A stretch of 64,000 nt of DNA, taken from NCBI RefSeq assembly GCF_030028105.1, contig NC_092381.1:81184505-81248504 (forward strand), in the 5' to 3' direction. The notes below the pieces were generated by a model. The model had not been told where the DNA came from, ran no database searches, and was given only the letters and a program-made list of their open reading frames with translations. Shown here piece after piece: positions 9,750 through 22,171 of the stretch (positions are counted from its first letter, which is position 1; each line of letters begins with the position of its first letter). Both the position numbers and the translations under genes were made by a program. Source of the DNA: Mobula birostris (lineage: Eukaryota).

Positions 9750-12632
9750 CTTTTTATACACACTTTGAAAGGGAGAATAAAATTATAGCTACGAGGATCC
9801 CAGTGACCCTGTGATCTCTGTCTCAAAGGCCAAGGTCAGATTGTCTATCAAGAGAGTGAACCTTCACAAGGTGACAGGCTCCGATGGTGTGCCTGGTAGG
9901 GCTCTGAAAACCTGTGCCAACCAACTGGCAGGAGTGTGTGTTCAAAGACGTTTTCAATCTCTCACTGCCACAGTCATAAGTTCTACCTGCTTCAAGTGGG
10001 CACCAATCATACCAGTGCCCAATATGAGCAAGGTGAGTCTCCAGAGGGTTCTCGTGCTGTGGAAGACGTCCTGCCTTGTCCCTGTGCCGAAGACGCCGCG
10101 CCCAAGTGGCTTCAATGACTATAGACCGGTGGCTCTGACCTCCCACATCATGAAGACCCGGGAGAGACTTGTTCTGGAGCTGCTCCGGCCTATGGTCAGG
10201 CCACACTTAGATCCCCTCCAGTTCGCCTACCAGCCCCGACTAGGAGTTGAGGATGCCATCGTCTACCTGCTGAACCGTGTTTACACCCACCTGGACAAGC
10301 CAGCGAGCACTGTGAGGGTCATGTTTTTTGACTTCTCCAGTGCATTCACCACCATTCACCCTGCTCTGCTGGGGGAGAAGCTGACAGCGATGCAGGTGGA
10401 TGCTTTCCTGGAGTCATGGATTCTTGATTACCTGACTGGCAGACCACAGTACGTGTGCTTGCAACACTGTGTGTCCGACAGAGTGATCAGCAGCACTGGG
10501 GCTCCACAGGGGGCTGTCTTGTCTCCCTTTCTCTTCACCATCTACACCCTGGACTTCAACTACCGCACAGAATCTTGCCATCTTCAGAAGTTTTCGGATG
10601 ACTCTGCCATAGTTGGATGCATCAGCAAGGGAGATGAGGCTGAGTACAGGGCTACTGTGGGAAACTTTGTCACATGGTGTGAGCAGAATTATCTGCAGCT
10701 TAATGTGAAAAAGACTAAGGAGCTGGTGGTGGACTTGAGGAGGGCTAAGGCACCGGTGACCCCTGTTTCCATCCAGGAGGTCAGTGTGGATGTGGTGGAG
10801 TATTACAACTACCTGGGGATACGAATCGACAATAGACTGGACTGGTCAAAGAACACTGAGGCTGTCTACAAGAAGGGTCAGAGCCGACTCTATTTCCTGA
10901 GGAGACTGAGGTCCTTTAACATCTGTCGGACGATGCTGAGGATGTCCTACGAGTCCGTGGTGGCCAGTGCTATCATGTTTGCTGTTGTGTGCTGGGGCAG
11001 CAGACACCAACAGAATCAACAAACTCATTTATAATGCCAGTGATGCTGTGGGGATGGAACTGGACTCTCTGACGGTGGTGGCTGAAAAGAGGATGCTGTC
11101 CAAGTTGCATGCCATCTTGGGCAATGTCTCCCAACCATTACATAATGTACTTGTTGGGGACAGGAGTACATTCAGCCAGAGACTCATTCCACCGAGATGC
11201 AACACTGAGCGCCATAGGGAGTCATTCCTGTCTGTGGCCATCAAACTTTACAACTCCTCCCTTGGAGGGTCAGACACTCTGAGCCAACAGGCTGGTCCTG
11301 GACTTATTTCCATCTGGCATAATTTACATATTATTATTTAATTATTTATGGTTTTATATTGCTATATTTATACTCTATTCTTGGTTGGTGCAATTGTAAC
11401 GATACCCAATTTCCCTCGGGATCAATAATGTATGTCTATCTATCTATCTTAACAACTATTATCCAGTACTACTCACACCTACAGTGATGAAGAGCTTTAA
11501 GAGGTTGGTTATGGCCAGAACCAACTCTTTCCTCTAAAAGGAGCTGGACCCACTGCAATTTGCTTACCATCACAATAGTTCTACAGCAGACGTGATCTCA
11601 TTGGCTCTTCATGTGGCCTTGCATCACCTGGAAAATACTAATACTTATGTTGCTGTTTATCGACCGGAGCTCAGGAGTTAATATAGTCATTTCCATAGGT
11701 CTGATCAAAAAGCTCCAAACCCTGGGCTTCTGTACCTCCCTCTGCAACTGGATCCTCAACTTCCTCACTGGAACACGACAGTCTGTGTGAATCAGTAATA
11801 ACATCTCCACCTCGCTGACAATTAACACTGCACACCTCAAGGATATGTGCTTAGTCCACTGCTCTGCTCTCTCTACACCCAAAACTGCGTGGCTAGGCAC
11901 GGCTCAAATGCCACCTATAAACTTGCAGATGACACAACAATTGCTGGAAGAATTTCAGGTGGTAATGAGAAGGCATACAGAAACAAGACAGATCAGCTGG
12001 TTGAGTGGTATCGCAGCAACAACCTTGCACTCAACGTCAGTAAGGCCAAAGAACTGATTGCGGTCTTCAGAAAAGATAAGATGAGGGAGCACACACCAGT
12101 CCTCATTGAGGGATCAGAAGTGGAAAGAGTGAGTAACTTCAAATTACTGGGTGTCAACATCTCTGAGGACTTATCCTGGGCCCAACTGTTCGATGCAGTT
12201 GTAAGTAAAGCACAAGAGCAGCTATATTTCATTTGCAGTTTCAGGAGATTCGGTACGTCACCAAAGACACGCAGGTTTCTGCAGGTGGACTGTGAAGAGC
12301 ACTCTAACTGGCTGCATCACTGTCTGGTACAGAAGGCGGGGGGCATTGCAAAGGACCAAAATAGGCTGTAGAGAGTTGTTAACTCAGTCAGCGCCATCAT
12401 CCAGCCCAGCCTCCCCAGCATCCTGGATATCTTCAAGGAGAGGTGCCTCAAAAAGGCGGCATTAAGCACCTCTATTACCAGGGAGATGCTTTTTTCTCAT
12501 TTCTACCATCAAACAGGAGGTACGGGAGCCCGAAGGCACACACTCAATGATTCAGGAACAGCTTCATCCTTCTGCCATCTGATTTCTGAATAGACTTTGA
12601 ACCCATGAACACTACCTCCCTACTTTTTTTTG
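9750..12632 (+). mobile_element. Rex1/Babar-like LINE (family A, decayed RT), interrupted by a younger LINE at ~10034-11448
   Basis: KVTGSDGVPGRALKTCANQLAGV...IIPVP resumes after the insert as LNNYYPVLLT...LDPLQFAY...KLADDTT, followed by a 3'UTR. Confidence 0.85.
10034..11448 (+). mobile_element. 5'-truncated, younger RT-encoding LINE (family B, Rex1/L2-group) with a (TATC)n tail
   Basis: Intact RT motifs [41 protein letters not shown] and YLGI. Near-identical to 34162-34850. Confidence 0.9.
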
Positions 12633-12636
12633 CACT

Positions 12637-12860
12637 GGAACTCAGCAGGCCAGACAGCATCCATGGAAAAGAGTATAGTCATTTTGGGCCGAAACCCTTC
12701 TAACTCTGACCCCTCATCTTCTTTTCTCCAGTCCTGATGAAGGTCTCAGCCTGAAGCTTGGACTGGACTCTTTTTCCATAGATGCTGCCTGGCCTGCTGA
12801 GTTCCTCCAGCACTTTGTGTGTGTTGCTTCGATTTTCAACATCTGCAGATTTTCTCTTTG
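12637..12860 (+). mobile_element. Fold-back Penelope-derived element with a decayed hammerhead motif at 12728-12766
   Basis: Inverted arms ggaactcagcaggccag / ctggcctgctgagttcc. Motif reads ccagtc-ctgatga-agg..cct-gaag-cttg-gactgg. Confidence 0.75.
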
Positions 12861-14139
12861 CCCCGTGTACTGCCAAGCCAAACCATCAGGGATAGCACAA
12901 GGCCAAGTATTTCAGAGAGACTCTTCCGTCACAGGTTTAAGTGCCACTTTCCAATGCCAACTGACTTCCGGTTCATCCTCAGCTCTGCTAAATTCAATTG
13001 AATGTTTTGAAACCTTTAAGTCCCCTGTATGGAAATGCAGACTCTGAACATTGCTTCTCATCATGCCAGGGAAACACCCCAATGCTCAGGAGCATAGAAT
13101 CTCTCTGCTGGCAAAATGATCAAGATCATCAATTATTCGTTCTAATCCTGAAAGTTGAAAGCATTGCACTGAATCCCAGTACCCTTCCCAAGAATGCAGA
13201 GCTTAACTATCCACAGGCCTTGCATTTTAACCCTTAGATGATCATTGGTCAACTAATATCCACAGGAACACATGGTAACTTTCTGCATCTATTACAGTGA
13301 ATGGAGTTTAAGAAATCTGAACTGTTACTTCTCATCCGCATTTTAATTTTATGTTCACTGAAGGCTTTCAAACGATTTCACATCACACTTGCAGACATTA
13401 ACTGCCACAGTGGATGCATGTTACTATAAGATTACTGCTCTTGTGAAATGCAAATCAGAATCATACACTTATAAGCTAGTCTTTTGCTGAAAAAGAGAAT
13501 ACTTTGATTTCTCTTCCTACTCACTTAATGTAACATAATCGCCTTTTCAATTTTAAGCTGGCATTACACTGAGAGAATGCCTGTGTCTACCCACTGTGGT
13601 ACTCTGAGATTTCTGCATTTGTGATGCAATTTTCAGAAAGGGACTCCATATCTTCATGTGGTTACTGCACTGTACAATTCCTTCCTTCTGGAGTACACAT
13701 GGTCGCCTCGTAAATCAGGTTATAATGGGGAATCCCTAAGTCTTCAGCCACATCAGGTTGGAGTCAGAAAATTGCTCTGAGCCCAAGAGCGGAAACTTGC
13801 TGGCAGCTTCCAAACCTTCCTCCCCCTTTTTGAAAATTTCCTGTGTGCATCTGTAGTGGCACAACTCTAAAACCTGCTCTGAGACACATGGTCCTGTGAT
13901 AACCCTCTTTAACCGTTTGTATCCCCCGGTTCAATTTGGTCCGTTTGTATCAAGATCTTGAGAGACACGTAACGAAACTCTAACCTACCCTAATGCTATA
14001 ACATCCTGTCAATGCCTCCAACATTAGCGACCATTCACCACCGACTTGAAGCTTTACTGAAGCAGCCAAATGTGCTTACAAGAGCAGCCCAGAAGCAGGC
14101 TGAAGTGAATGACTCCTTTCCTGACGTTTCAAAGCCTCT

Positions 14140-14700
14140 CCATTATCTGCAATGTAAGAACCTGATAGAATACCACTATTTGCCTGGATGAGTGTAGCTT
14201 CACCAATGTTAAAGAAACATGACTTCAGGAAACAAAGCATTCTTCTCGACTGACAGCACATAAATCACACGAACAGGTTTCTGAAAGAACAATGAACCAA
14301 CCCATGAACACCACCTCACTATTTTACCCTCTCTTTGCACTGCTTGTTTAATTTTTAAAATATACTTTGTATTGTAATTTATAGTACGTTGTACATATTG
14401 CACTGTACTGCTTCCACAAGACAACAAATTTCATGACACAAGTCAGTGGTTATGACGTGATTCTGATTTCCTCCACCACTACCACTCAGTGTCTGCAGAG
14501 CGTGGCATCAACGAGATACATTCCAGTCGTTGCCCAGGCCACTTTGAGAGCTCTAAACCTGTGACATCTACCATGAAGAAAGACAAGGACAACAAGGACA
14601 TGGGGCACCACCGAGTCCCCTCCAACTCATGCATCAGTCTGTCTTTCGTGAAGTTCCCACACATGTCCAGAGCAGACGTTGAAAATGCAGCCAGTTTCCA
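14140..14700 (+). mobile_element. Old CR1-group fragment with a nested Rex1-like 3'UTR (~14220-14468)
   Basis: Remnants resembling EY.PLAWMSAAPT and SLHH...IYKMHCS flank a 3'UTR like that at 36610-36820. Confidence 0.5.
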
Positions 14701-14729
14701 GTGGGAGTATTTGATTAGACAGTGGTACA

Positions 14730-17700
14730 GACACAGTAGAAGAGTTCCCGCGCAGGTCCGGAGTGGAGCTTGAATAACCCACTCTCCCGAAAAGAGAGGT
14801 ACCATCTAGCGGAACAGTCATCATCAGAGCGGTTTGAGTCAGAGTGATAAAGCCTTGGCTCGGCAGGCTTTGGTGAGAACTGGCGGAGTTGAGGTAAGTA
14901 GTTAAGTTGCTTCCTTATTTCTGTTTCTTATTAAATTCTTGCAAGAATAGGGGGTATGTCTGCAGGGCCAGTGTTCTGTTCTGGGTGTCAGATGTGGGAT
15001 TTTGAGGAGACTTCCAGCCTCCCTGACGACCACATCTGCACCAGGTGTATCGAGATGCAGCTCCTTAGAGACCATGGTAGGGAACTGAAGCTGCAGCTCA
15101 ATGACCTTCGGCTTGTTAGAGTAAGTGAGGCAGTGATAGACAGGAGCTACAGGGAGGTAGTCACCCCCAAGGCTACAGGAGACAGATAAATGGGAGACTG
15201 TCAAGAGAGGAAAAATTGAACATCAAATAGTGGAGAGGAGCCCTATGGCTGTCCCCCTCAACAATAAGTACCCCATCTTAAGTACTGTTGGGGGGGGGGG
15301 GGGCAACCTGGTGGGAAGCAACAGCGGCCATGCCTCTGGCACTGAGTCTGGCACTGTGGCTCAGAAGGGTAGGGAACTAAAGAGGAAGGCAGCAGTAACA
15401 GGGAATGCTATAGTTAAGGGGACAGAAAGGCCATTCTGTGGATGTGAAAAAGAAACACAGATGTTAGTTTGCCCCACAGGTGCCAAGGTCCACGATGTTT
15501 CTGAACGCGTCCACAATATCCTGAAAAGGGAGGGTGAGCAGCCAAAAGTCCTGGTACATATTGGTACCAATGGCATAGGTAGAAAAAGGGAGGAGGTCCT
15601 GAAAACAGAATACAGGGAGTTAGGAAGGAAGTTGAGAAGCAGGACCTCAAGGGTAGTAAACTCAGGATTGCTGCCTGTGCCCCATGACAGTGAGGATAGC
15701 AATAGAAACATAGAAAACCTACAGAACATACAGGCCCTTTGGCCCACAATGCTGTGCCAAACATGTACTTACTTTAGAAATTACTAGGGCTACCCATAGC
15801 CCTCTATTTTTCTAAGCTCCATGTACCTATCCAGGAGACTCTTAAAAGACCCTATCATATCCGCCTCCACCACCGTTGCCGGCAGCCCATTCCACGCACT
15901 CACCACTCTCTGCGTAAAAAACTTACCCCTGACATCTCCTCTGTATCTAATTCCAGGCACCTTAAAACTGTGCCCTCTCGTGTTACCCATTTCAGCCCTG
16001 GGAAAAAGACTCTGACTATTCACACGATCAATGCCTCTCATCATCTTACACACATCTATCAGTTCACCACTCATCCTCCGTCGCTCCAAGGAGAAAAGGC
16101 CGAGTTCACTCAACCTATTCTCATACGGCAGGCTCCCCAATCCAGGCAACATCCTTGTAAATCTCCTCTGCACCCTTTCTATGGTTTCCACATCCTTCCT
16201 GTAGTGAGGTGACCAGAACTGAGCACAGTACTCCAAGTGGTGTCTGACCAGGGTCCTATATAGTTGAAATATTACCTCTCGGCTCCTAAACTCAATCCAT
16301 ATACACAACATCTACTGCTCTACCTTCATCAATGTGTTTAGTCACATCCTCAAAAAATTCAATCAGGCTCGTAAGGCATGACCTGCCTTTGACAAAGCTA
16401 TACTGACTATTCCTAATCATGTTATGCTCCTCCAAATGTTCATAAATTCTGCCTCTCAGGATCTTACCAACCACTGAAGTAAGACTCACTGGTCTATAAT
16501 TTCCTGGGCTATCTCCACTCCCCTTCTTGAATAAGGGAACAAAATTTGCAACCCTCCAATCCTCTGGAACCTCTCCCATCCTCATTGACAGAGGGTCAGT
16601 AATCTCCTCCCTCGCCTCCCACAGTAGCCAGGGCTACATCTCGTCCAGCCCCGGTGACTTATCCAACTTGATCCTTTCCAAAAGCTCCAGCATATCCTCC
16701 TTCTTAATATCTATATGCTCAAACTTTTTAGTCCGCTGTATGTCATCCCTACAATCACCAAGGTCCTTTTCTGTAGTGAATACAGAAGCAAAGTATTCGT
16801 TAAGTACCTCTGCTATCTCCTCTGGTTCCATACACATTTTTCCACTGTCGCACTTGATTGGTCCTATTCTCTCACATCTTATCCTCTTGCTCTTCAGATA
16901 CTTGTAGAATGCCTTGAGGTTTTCCTTAATCCTATCTGCCAAGGCCTTCTCATGGCCCCTTCCGTCTCTCCTAATTTTATCCTTAAGCTCCTTCCTGCTA
17001 GTTTTATAATCTTCTAGATCTCTATTAGTACCTAGTTTTTTGAACCTTTCGAAAGCTTTTCTTTTCTTCTTGACTAGATTTACAAAGGCCTTTGCACACT
17101 ATGGTTCCTGTACCCTACCATCCTTTCTCTGTCTCACTGGAACATACCAATGCAGAATGCCACGCAAATACCCCCTGAACATTTGCCACATTTCTGTCGT
17201 ACATTTCCCTGAAAACACCTGTTCCTAATTTACGCTTCCAAATTCCTGCCTGATAGCCTCATATTTCCCCTTACTACATTTAAACACTTTCCTAACTCGT
17301 CTATCCCTATCCCTCTCCAATACAGGAACAGGTAAAGGAGATAGAATTGTGATCACTATCTCCAAAATGCTCTCCCACTGAGAGATCTGACACCTTACCA
17401 GCTTCATTTCCCAACACCAGATCAAGTACAGCCTCTCCTCTTGTAGGTTTATCTATATATTACGTCAAGAAACCTTCCTGAACACACCTAACAAACTCCA
17501 CCCCATCTTAACCCCTTGCTCTAGGGAAATGCCAATCAATATTTGAGAAATTAAAATCTCTGACCACGACAACCCTGTTATTATTACACCTTTCCAGAAT
17601 CTGTCTCCCTATCTGCTCCTCGTGGTCTATAAAAAACACCCAGTAGAGATTTTGACCCCTTCCTGTTCCTAACTTGCACCCACAAAGACTCAGTAGACAA

Positions 17701-19400
17701 TCCCTCCATGACTTCCTCCTTTTCTGCAGCTGTGACACTATCTCTGATCAGCAGGGCCACGCCCCCACCTCTTTCGCCTCCCTCCTTGTACTTTCTGAAA
17801 TATCAATAGCCTGGTACTCTAAGTAGCCATTCCTGCCCCTGAGCCATCCAAGTCTTTGTAATGGCCACAATATCATAGTTCCAAGTACTGATCAACATTC
17901 TAAGCTCATCCACTTTGTTCATAATACCCCTTGCATTAAAATTGACACATCTCAAACCATCGGTCTGAGCGTATCCTTCTCTATCACTTGCCTACCCTCC
18001 CTCTTGCACTGTCTATAAGCTTTCTCTATTTGTGAGCAAACCGCCCCTTCCTCTGTCTCTTCAGCTCGGTTCCCACTCCCCAGCAATTCTGGTTTAAACT
18101 CTCCCCAATAGCCTTAGCAAACCTTCCTATTAAGGGGGACAGCCCTGGGGTACTCTCTAGTATCTGACTCTTGCCCTTCCCTCTCCTGTTATCCACTTAT
18201 CTGTCTCCCAAGGCCCTGGTGTGACTACTTACCTATAACTCCTCTCTATCACCTCCTCACTCTCCCTGACCAGACGAAGGTCATCGAGTTGCATCTCCAG
18301 TTCTCTAAGCTGGTCCCTAAGGAGCTGGAGCTCAATGCACCAAGCGTAGTTGTGACCGTCTGGGAGGCTGCGATTCTCCCAGACTTCCCACATCTGACAC
18401 TCAGTACAGAACACCAGTCTCGCAGACATACTTCCTGTTTCTATTCTTCACAAGTAACTGACCTCGCTTCGGCCTGTTATCACCAAAGCCCTGTTGAGCC
18501 AAAGCCCTCCTACTCTGTCTCCCTTGACTCTGTCACTCAGTCCTCTGACTCCTGCTCTATAAAGCTACATCCTTTTAAACTCTTCTTGCTGTTCTAACTC
18601 GCTGACGTCCATGCACTTGAGGAGTCAGATAAATGCACGGCTGAAGAATTGGAGTAGGGGGCAGTGATTCAGATTTCTGGACAATTGGGACCTCTTCTGG
18701 GGCAGGTGAGACCAGTACAAAAGAGATGTGTTGCACCTGAATCTGAGGGGGACCAATACCTTTGCAAGCAGGTTTACCAGACATGTTGGGACTGGTTTAA
18801 ACTAATATGGCAGGGGGATGGGAACAAGTATGACAGAGCTGAGAATGAACCAGCAGGTTTACAAGTAGATGGTGGGTGTAACATGAATGTAAGGAAGGAC
18901 AAGCCAATGATTGGGTACAAATGCAGACAGTGCCAAGAGTTAAATTGTACCACAGAGGCAAAATTCAAAAAGGCAAAGGATGCAGGACTGAGGGTGCTGT
19001 ATTTAAATGCACGTAGTATTTGGAATATGGTGGATGAACTCGTGGCGCAATTAAAGATTGGTTGAAATGATGTTGTGGGCATCACTGACTCGTGGATGAA
19101 AGAGGATCATAGTTGGGAGCTTAATATCAAAGGATATACATTGCATCGAAAGGAAGGCAGAGGCAGTAGTGTGGCTCTGTGGTTAAGAGATGAAATTGCA
19201 TCTTTAGAAAGAGGTGACATAGGGTTGGACAATGTTGAATCTTTGTGGGTGGAGTTAAGAAAATGTGAGGGTGAAAAAAAAACATTATGTGAATCATATA
19301 CAGGCCTCCAAATAGTAGTCTAGATGTAGGGTTGAGATTGCAAAGGGAGCTGGAAAGGGCATGTAATAAATGTAATGTCACAATTGTAATGGGGGACTTC
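14730..19400 (+). mobile_element. CR1 (HER1-like) LINE 5' part: ORF1 (Cys/His finger, coiled coil, SGNH esterase) and start of the APE endonuclease; interrupted by an inverted CR1
   Basis: MSAGPVFCSGCQMW...HICTRC and VLVHIGTNGIGR, resuming at ~18625 as INA.LKNWSRGQ.FRFLDNWDLFWG, then VLYLNARSI...IVMGDF. Confidence 0.88.
15702..18620 (-). mobile_element. Near full-length but internally deleted CR1 (HER1-like) LINE nested in the plus-strand CR1
   Basis: ORF1 MSARLVFCTECQMW (18229-18429), APE remnants, PEDWRVANFVPLFKKG..NYRPVSLTS, C-terminal LEYCAQFWSPHY, and a (tttctatg)-type tail at ~15702. Confidence 0.92.
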
Positions 19401-20043
19401 TCATCTACTGTCCTAGTACTGAACTTAGTTCCCTTTCCACTGGAAAGAGGGTTGATCAAGACAGAAAGTTAAAGTAATGATAACAAGATTAGAATCAAAG
19501 CGATGCAACTGGTTGCTTTGACCTAAAACTCATCACCTGATAAGATAGTGGAAGCAGATTCAACTGTAACTTCCACAAGAGAATTGGGTACATACGAAAC
19601 AGAAGAAATTGACAAGGAAGAGGGAAAGAGCAGGCAGCCAGTCTCACTGAGCTGTCTTTCAAAGGGCCAGCTTAGAAATGATGGCCCAAATGGCATTCCT
19701 TACACCATATGACACTAAAAGTAACGAGCAGCCCAGGACTTTAGCTATCACTGCCTTAAACAAGTTGCTGCCATTGTCCTTACACCTTCTGAAGTTAACG
19801 TGGTTGTATACACACAACCAGGTTGTCACTCTATAGTCAAGAAATATGTAGAAATTACCAAACAAACCTTACCATAAAAATATTCAACATAATTTGAAAT
19901 CTTTTATATGCAAAGCAGTCAAAGTGGATATTAATGTCTAAATTAATTATCTGCTGTCTACTGCTATTGTTAAACAAATTGGCCATTACTGCAAACACCC
20001 TCCACAGAAGTGTTAACTAAAACAGCTAGAGCGTACGGTCAGT

Positions 20044-20091
20044 GGTCACATCCTTGGAAACCATGATCAACGGTCACATCCTTGGAAACCA
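20044..20091. repeat. Local 20-bp direct repeat (period 28)
   Basis: ggtcacatccttggaaacca occurs at 20044-20063 and 20072-20091. Confidence 0.9.
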
Positions 20092-20379
20092 GAGCAGAAT
20101 TGTGAAAGAATGTTACCTCTGAAAGAGAGGGTAAGAGGGAGATAACAAAGAGGGCAACAGAAGGGGCTATAAAGAAGTAAAACAAGTAAAGTGGATGAAT
20201 GAATGGTGGTGAGTGGAAGGGAAAACAGCAGAATGAGGGAGAGGGTGAAGGGAGAGTGGTCACAAGTGTAGCTTAGAAATACAGAGATTTTACTCTTCAA
20301 TAGAATCACAAAGGGAATTTTGGCAAAGGATAGTTAAACCAACCAATGGACAATGCTACTAGGTTCAAATGATAGCTAT

Positions 20380-20815
20380 GCACTGTGTTATGCACTCGAA
20401 GCTAATGCGAAGTTCGGACTACTTAAACGCCAGCCTGGATAGTCTGGCCGCTTCTCTCTTCATGACGCTAAGGCTATAAGACTGCCCCCGGCTGCTGTGC
20501 TTCGTGTCTGCACACTTTGCAGCGATTTACCCTGCTAATATGATGAACTGAATACCGAGGCTTTGGGCCTACTCCAGGGATTTGGGTTTAAGGACTCTGT
20601 TTAGTTCAGAATGCTGTTGCTGTTGCTTCTATTATTTATATGATTTGATTCGTGTTTTTTTTCCCTCGTTCTCAGTGGGCACTGTTGGAATGGTCTTATT
20701 TTTTAAAATTGGGTTCCCTTGGGTTCCTTGCTTTGCGACTGCCCATAAACAAACAAATCTCAAGGTTGTATAATTTATACATTCTTTGATAATAAATGTA
20801 CTTTGAAACTTTGAA
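20380..20815 (+). mobile_element. Non-autonomous retroposon with a Rex1/Babar-type tail
   Basis: Ends aatctcaaggttgtata...tttgataataaatgtactttgaaactttga. Confidence 0.6.
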
Positions 20816-21746
20816 ACACTGTGCTTTGTTTCACCTTGAATATATAAATCAGACTTCAAATATGCATGTATAAACAGTAACTAGTAATCCACCAACTAAA
20901 GAAACATTTTGACAACAAATTCAAGTTAACGGAGAATAAATAACATAGCATTTTTTTAACATTACTTTCCCTTTCAGCCCGAGATTACAGAAAACCTCTT
21001 ACAAACAAGAAGGTGAACTATCCCCCAAGTAAAGTCTCAGACCACACCTCTCTGTCTCAAGATTGGGGATTGAAAGAGAGAACTGTAAGCAAAAACAAAG
21101 ATAAGACTTTGCAGCTCTATGAAGCATCAGAGAAAGTCCTTGGGAGAGGCAACTTTAGAAAAACATCTAGTTACCTATTAGAGCCTGAAGTAATCCTGAT
21201 AATAGTCCAGGAGAGCAGTGTTTTGAGAAGGCAAATTTGATCTAATTTAAATAATTGCCTGCTACTGGGCTTCATCAGGGAGATGAATGCTTGTTAAGAC
21301 AGTATCATCACTCAACAGCAATAGTAACATGACTAATGCCTAGGTATCAACACTTATTGTTATATAACTAAGTAAATACTAAACAAATCATCATATGCAT
21401 AATTTATGATCAGAACATGAATTACACTAGTATTAAACAAATGGTCTGTAATGCAATAGCTAAAATAACAGTGATGTCATTAATAAATTCCAGTATTGAA
21501 TTTGAGTTTACAATTATAGCTTTGAAATGTACATCAACAAATCACTTTTCCACTACTACAATTGCAGGCACATACCTAATATGGTAGGTAAACCCAGAAT
21601 TATTTTAGGTTAGTGATATTCAAAAGGTCAGACCTCTAAGTATCTCCAGCATTTATTGGAGGGCCTTCAACCCAAAATATTACCCTGCTTCTCTTCTCAC
21701 AGACATCACCTAATCTGCTGAGTGCTTCTGGCAGTTTCTGCTATTA

Positions 21747-21870
21747 CACACAAAATGTTGGAGGAAAGCAGGTCAGGCAGAAGGGTCCTGGTCCAAAACA
21801 TCGACTGTTTATTCATTTCAATAGTGTTGCTTTGGATTTCCAGCATCTGTAGGCTTTCACGTGTTTATAT
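21747..21870 (+). mobile_element. Short fold-back Penelope-derived insertion with a 12-bp TSD
   Basis: TSD tttctgctatta (21735-21746) / tttccgctatta (21871-21882). Confidence 0.65.
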
Positions 21871-22171
21871 TTTCCGCTATTATTTTAGGTTTTCCGTGCA
21901 AAACATTCAGACAAGATGGCCAACATAGAAGAATCACTCCACATTAGTCATACATTGAGCCAACTAAACCAAATTTGATCAGCCGTGGTAATTAAGGTCA
22001 TCAAAAGGTTCTGTACAGCAGAAAATCAGTTTTTCCTTATGTGACTGCCACTTTGCTTATGTGAACGGAATGCTAGTGCTGCTAGGAACTGCAATGATTA
22101 ATTCCCCAATGCAGTGGGCAGATTTATTCAAAAGGAGAATAATCAGAGAACTTGCCATTAAAAACCTCGTA

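Noticed and set aside
9811-11034. 407-aa RT ORF as a functional gene or a retron/DGR-type system
   Set aside because: It is a chimera of two non-LTR retrotransposon relics with no endonuclease, a frameshifted end and a vertebrate intronic context.
15230-15787. SGNH esterase-like ORF as a host lipase
   Set aside because: It is CR1 ORF1, with decayed catalytic motifs and interrupted by another LINE.
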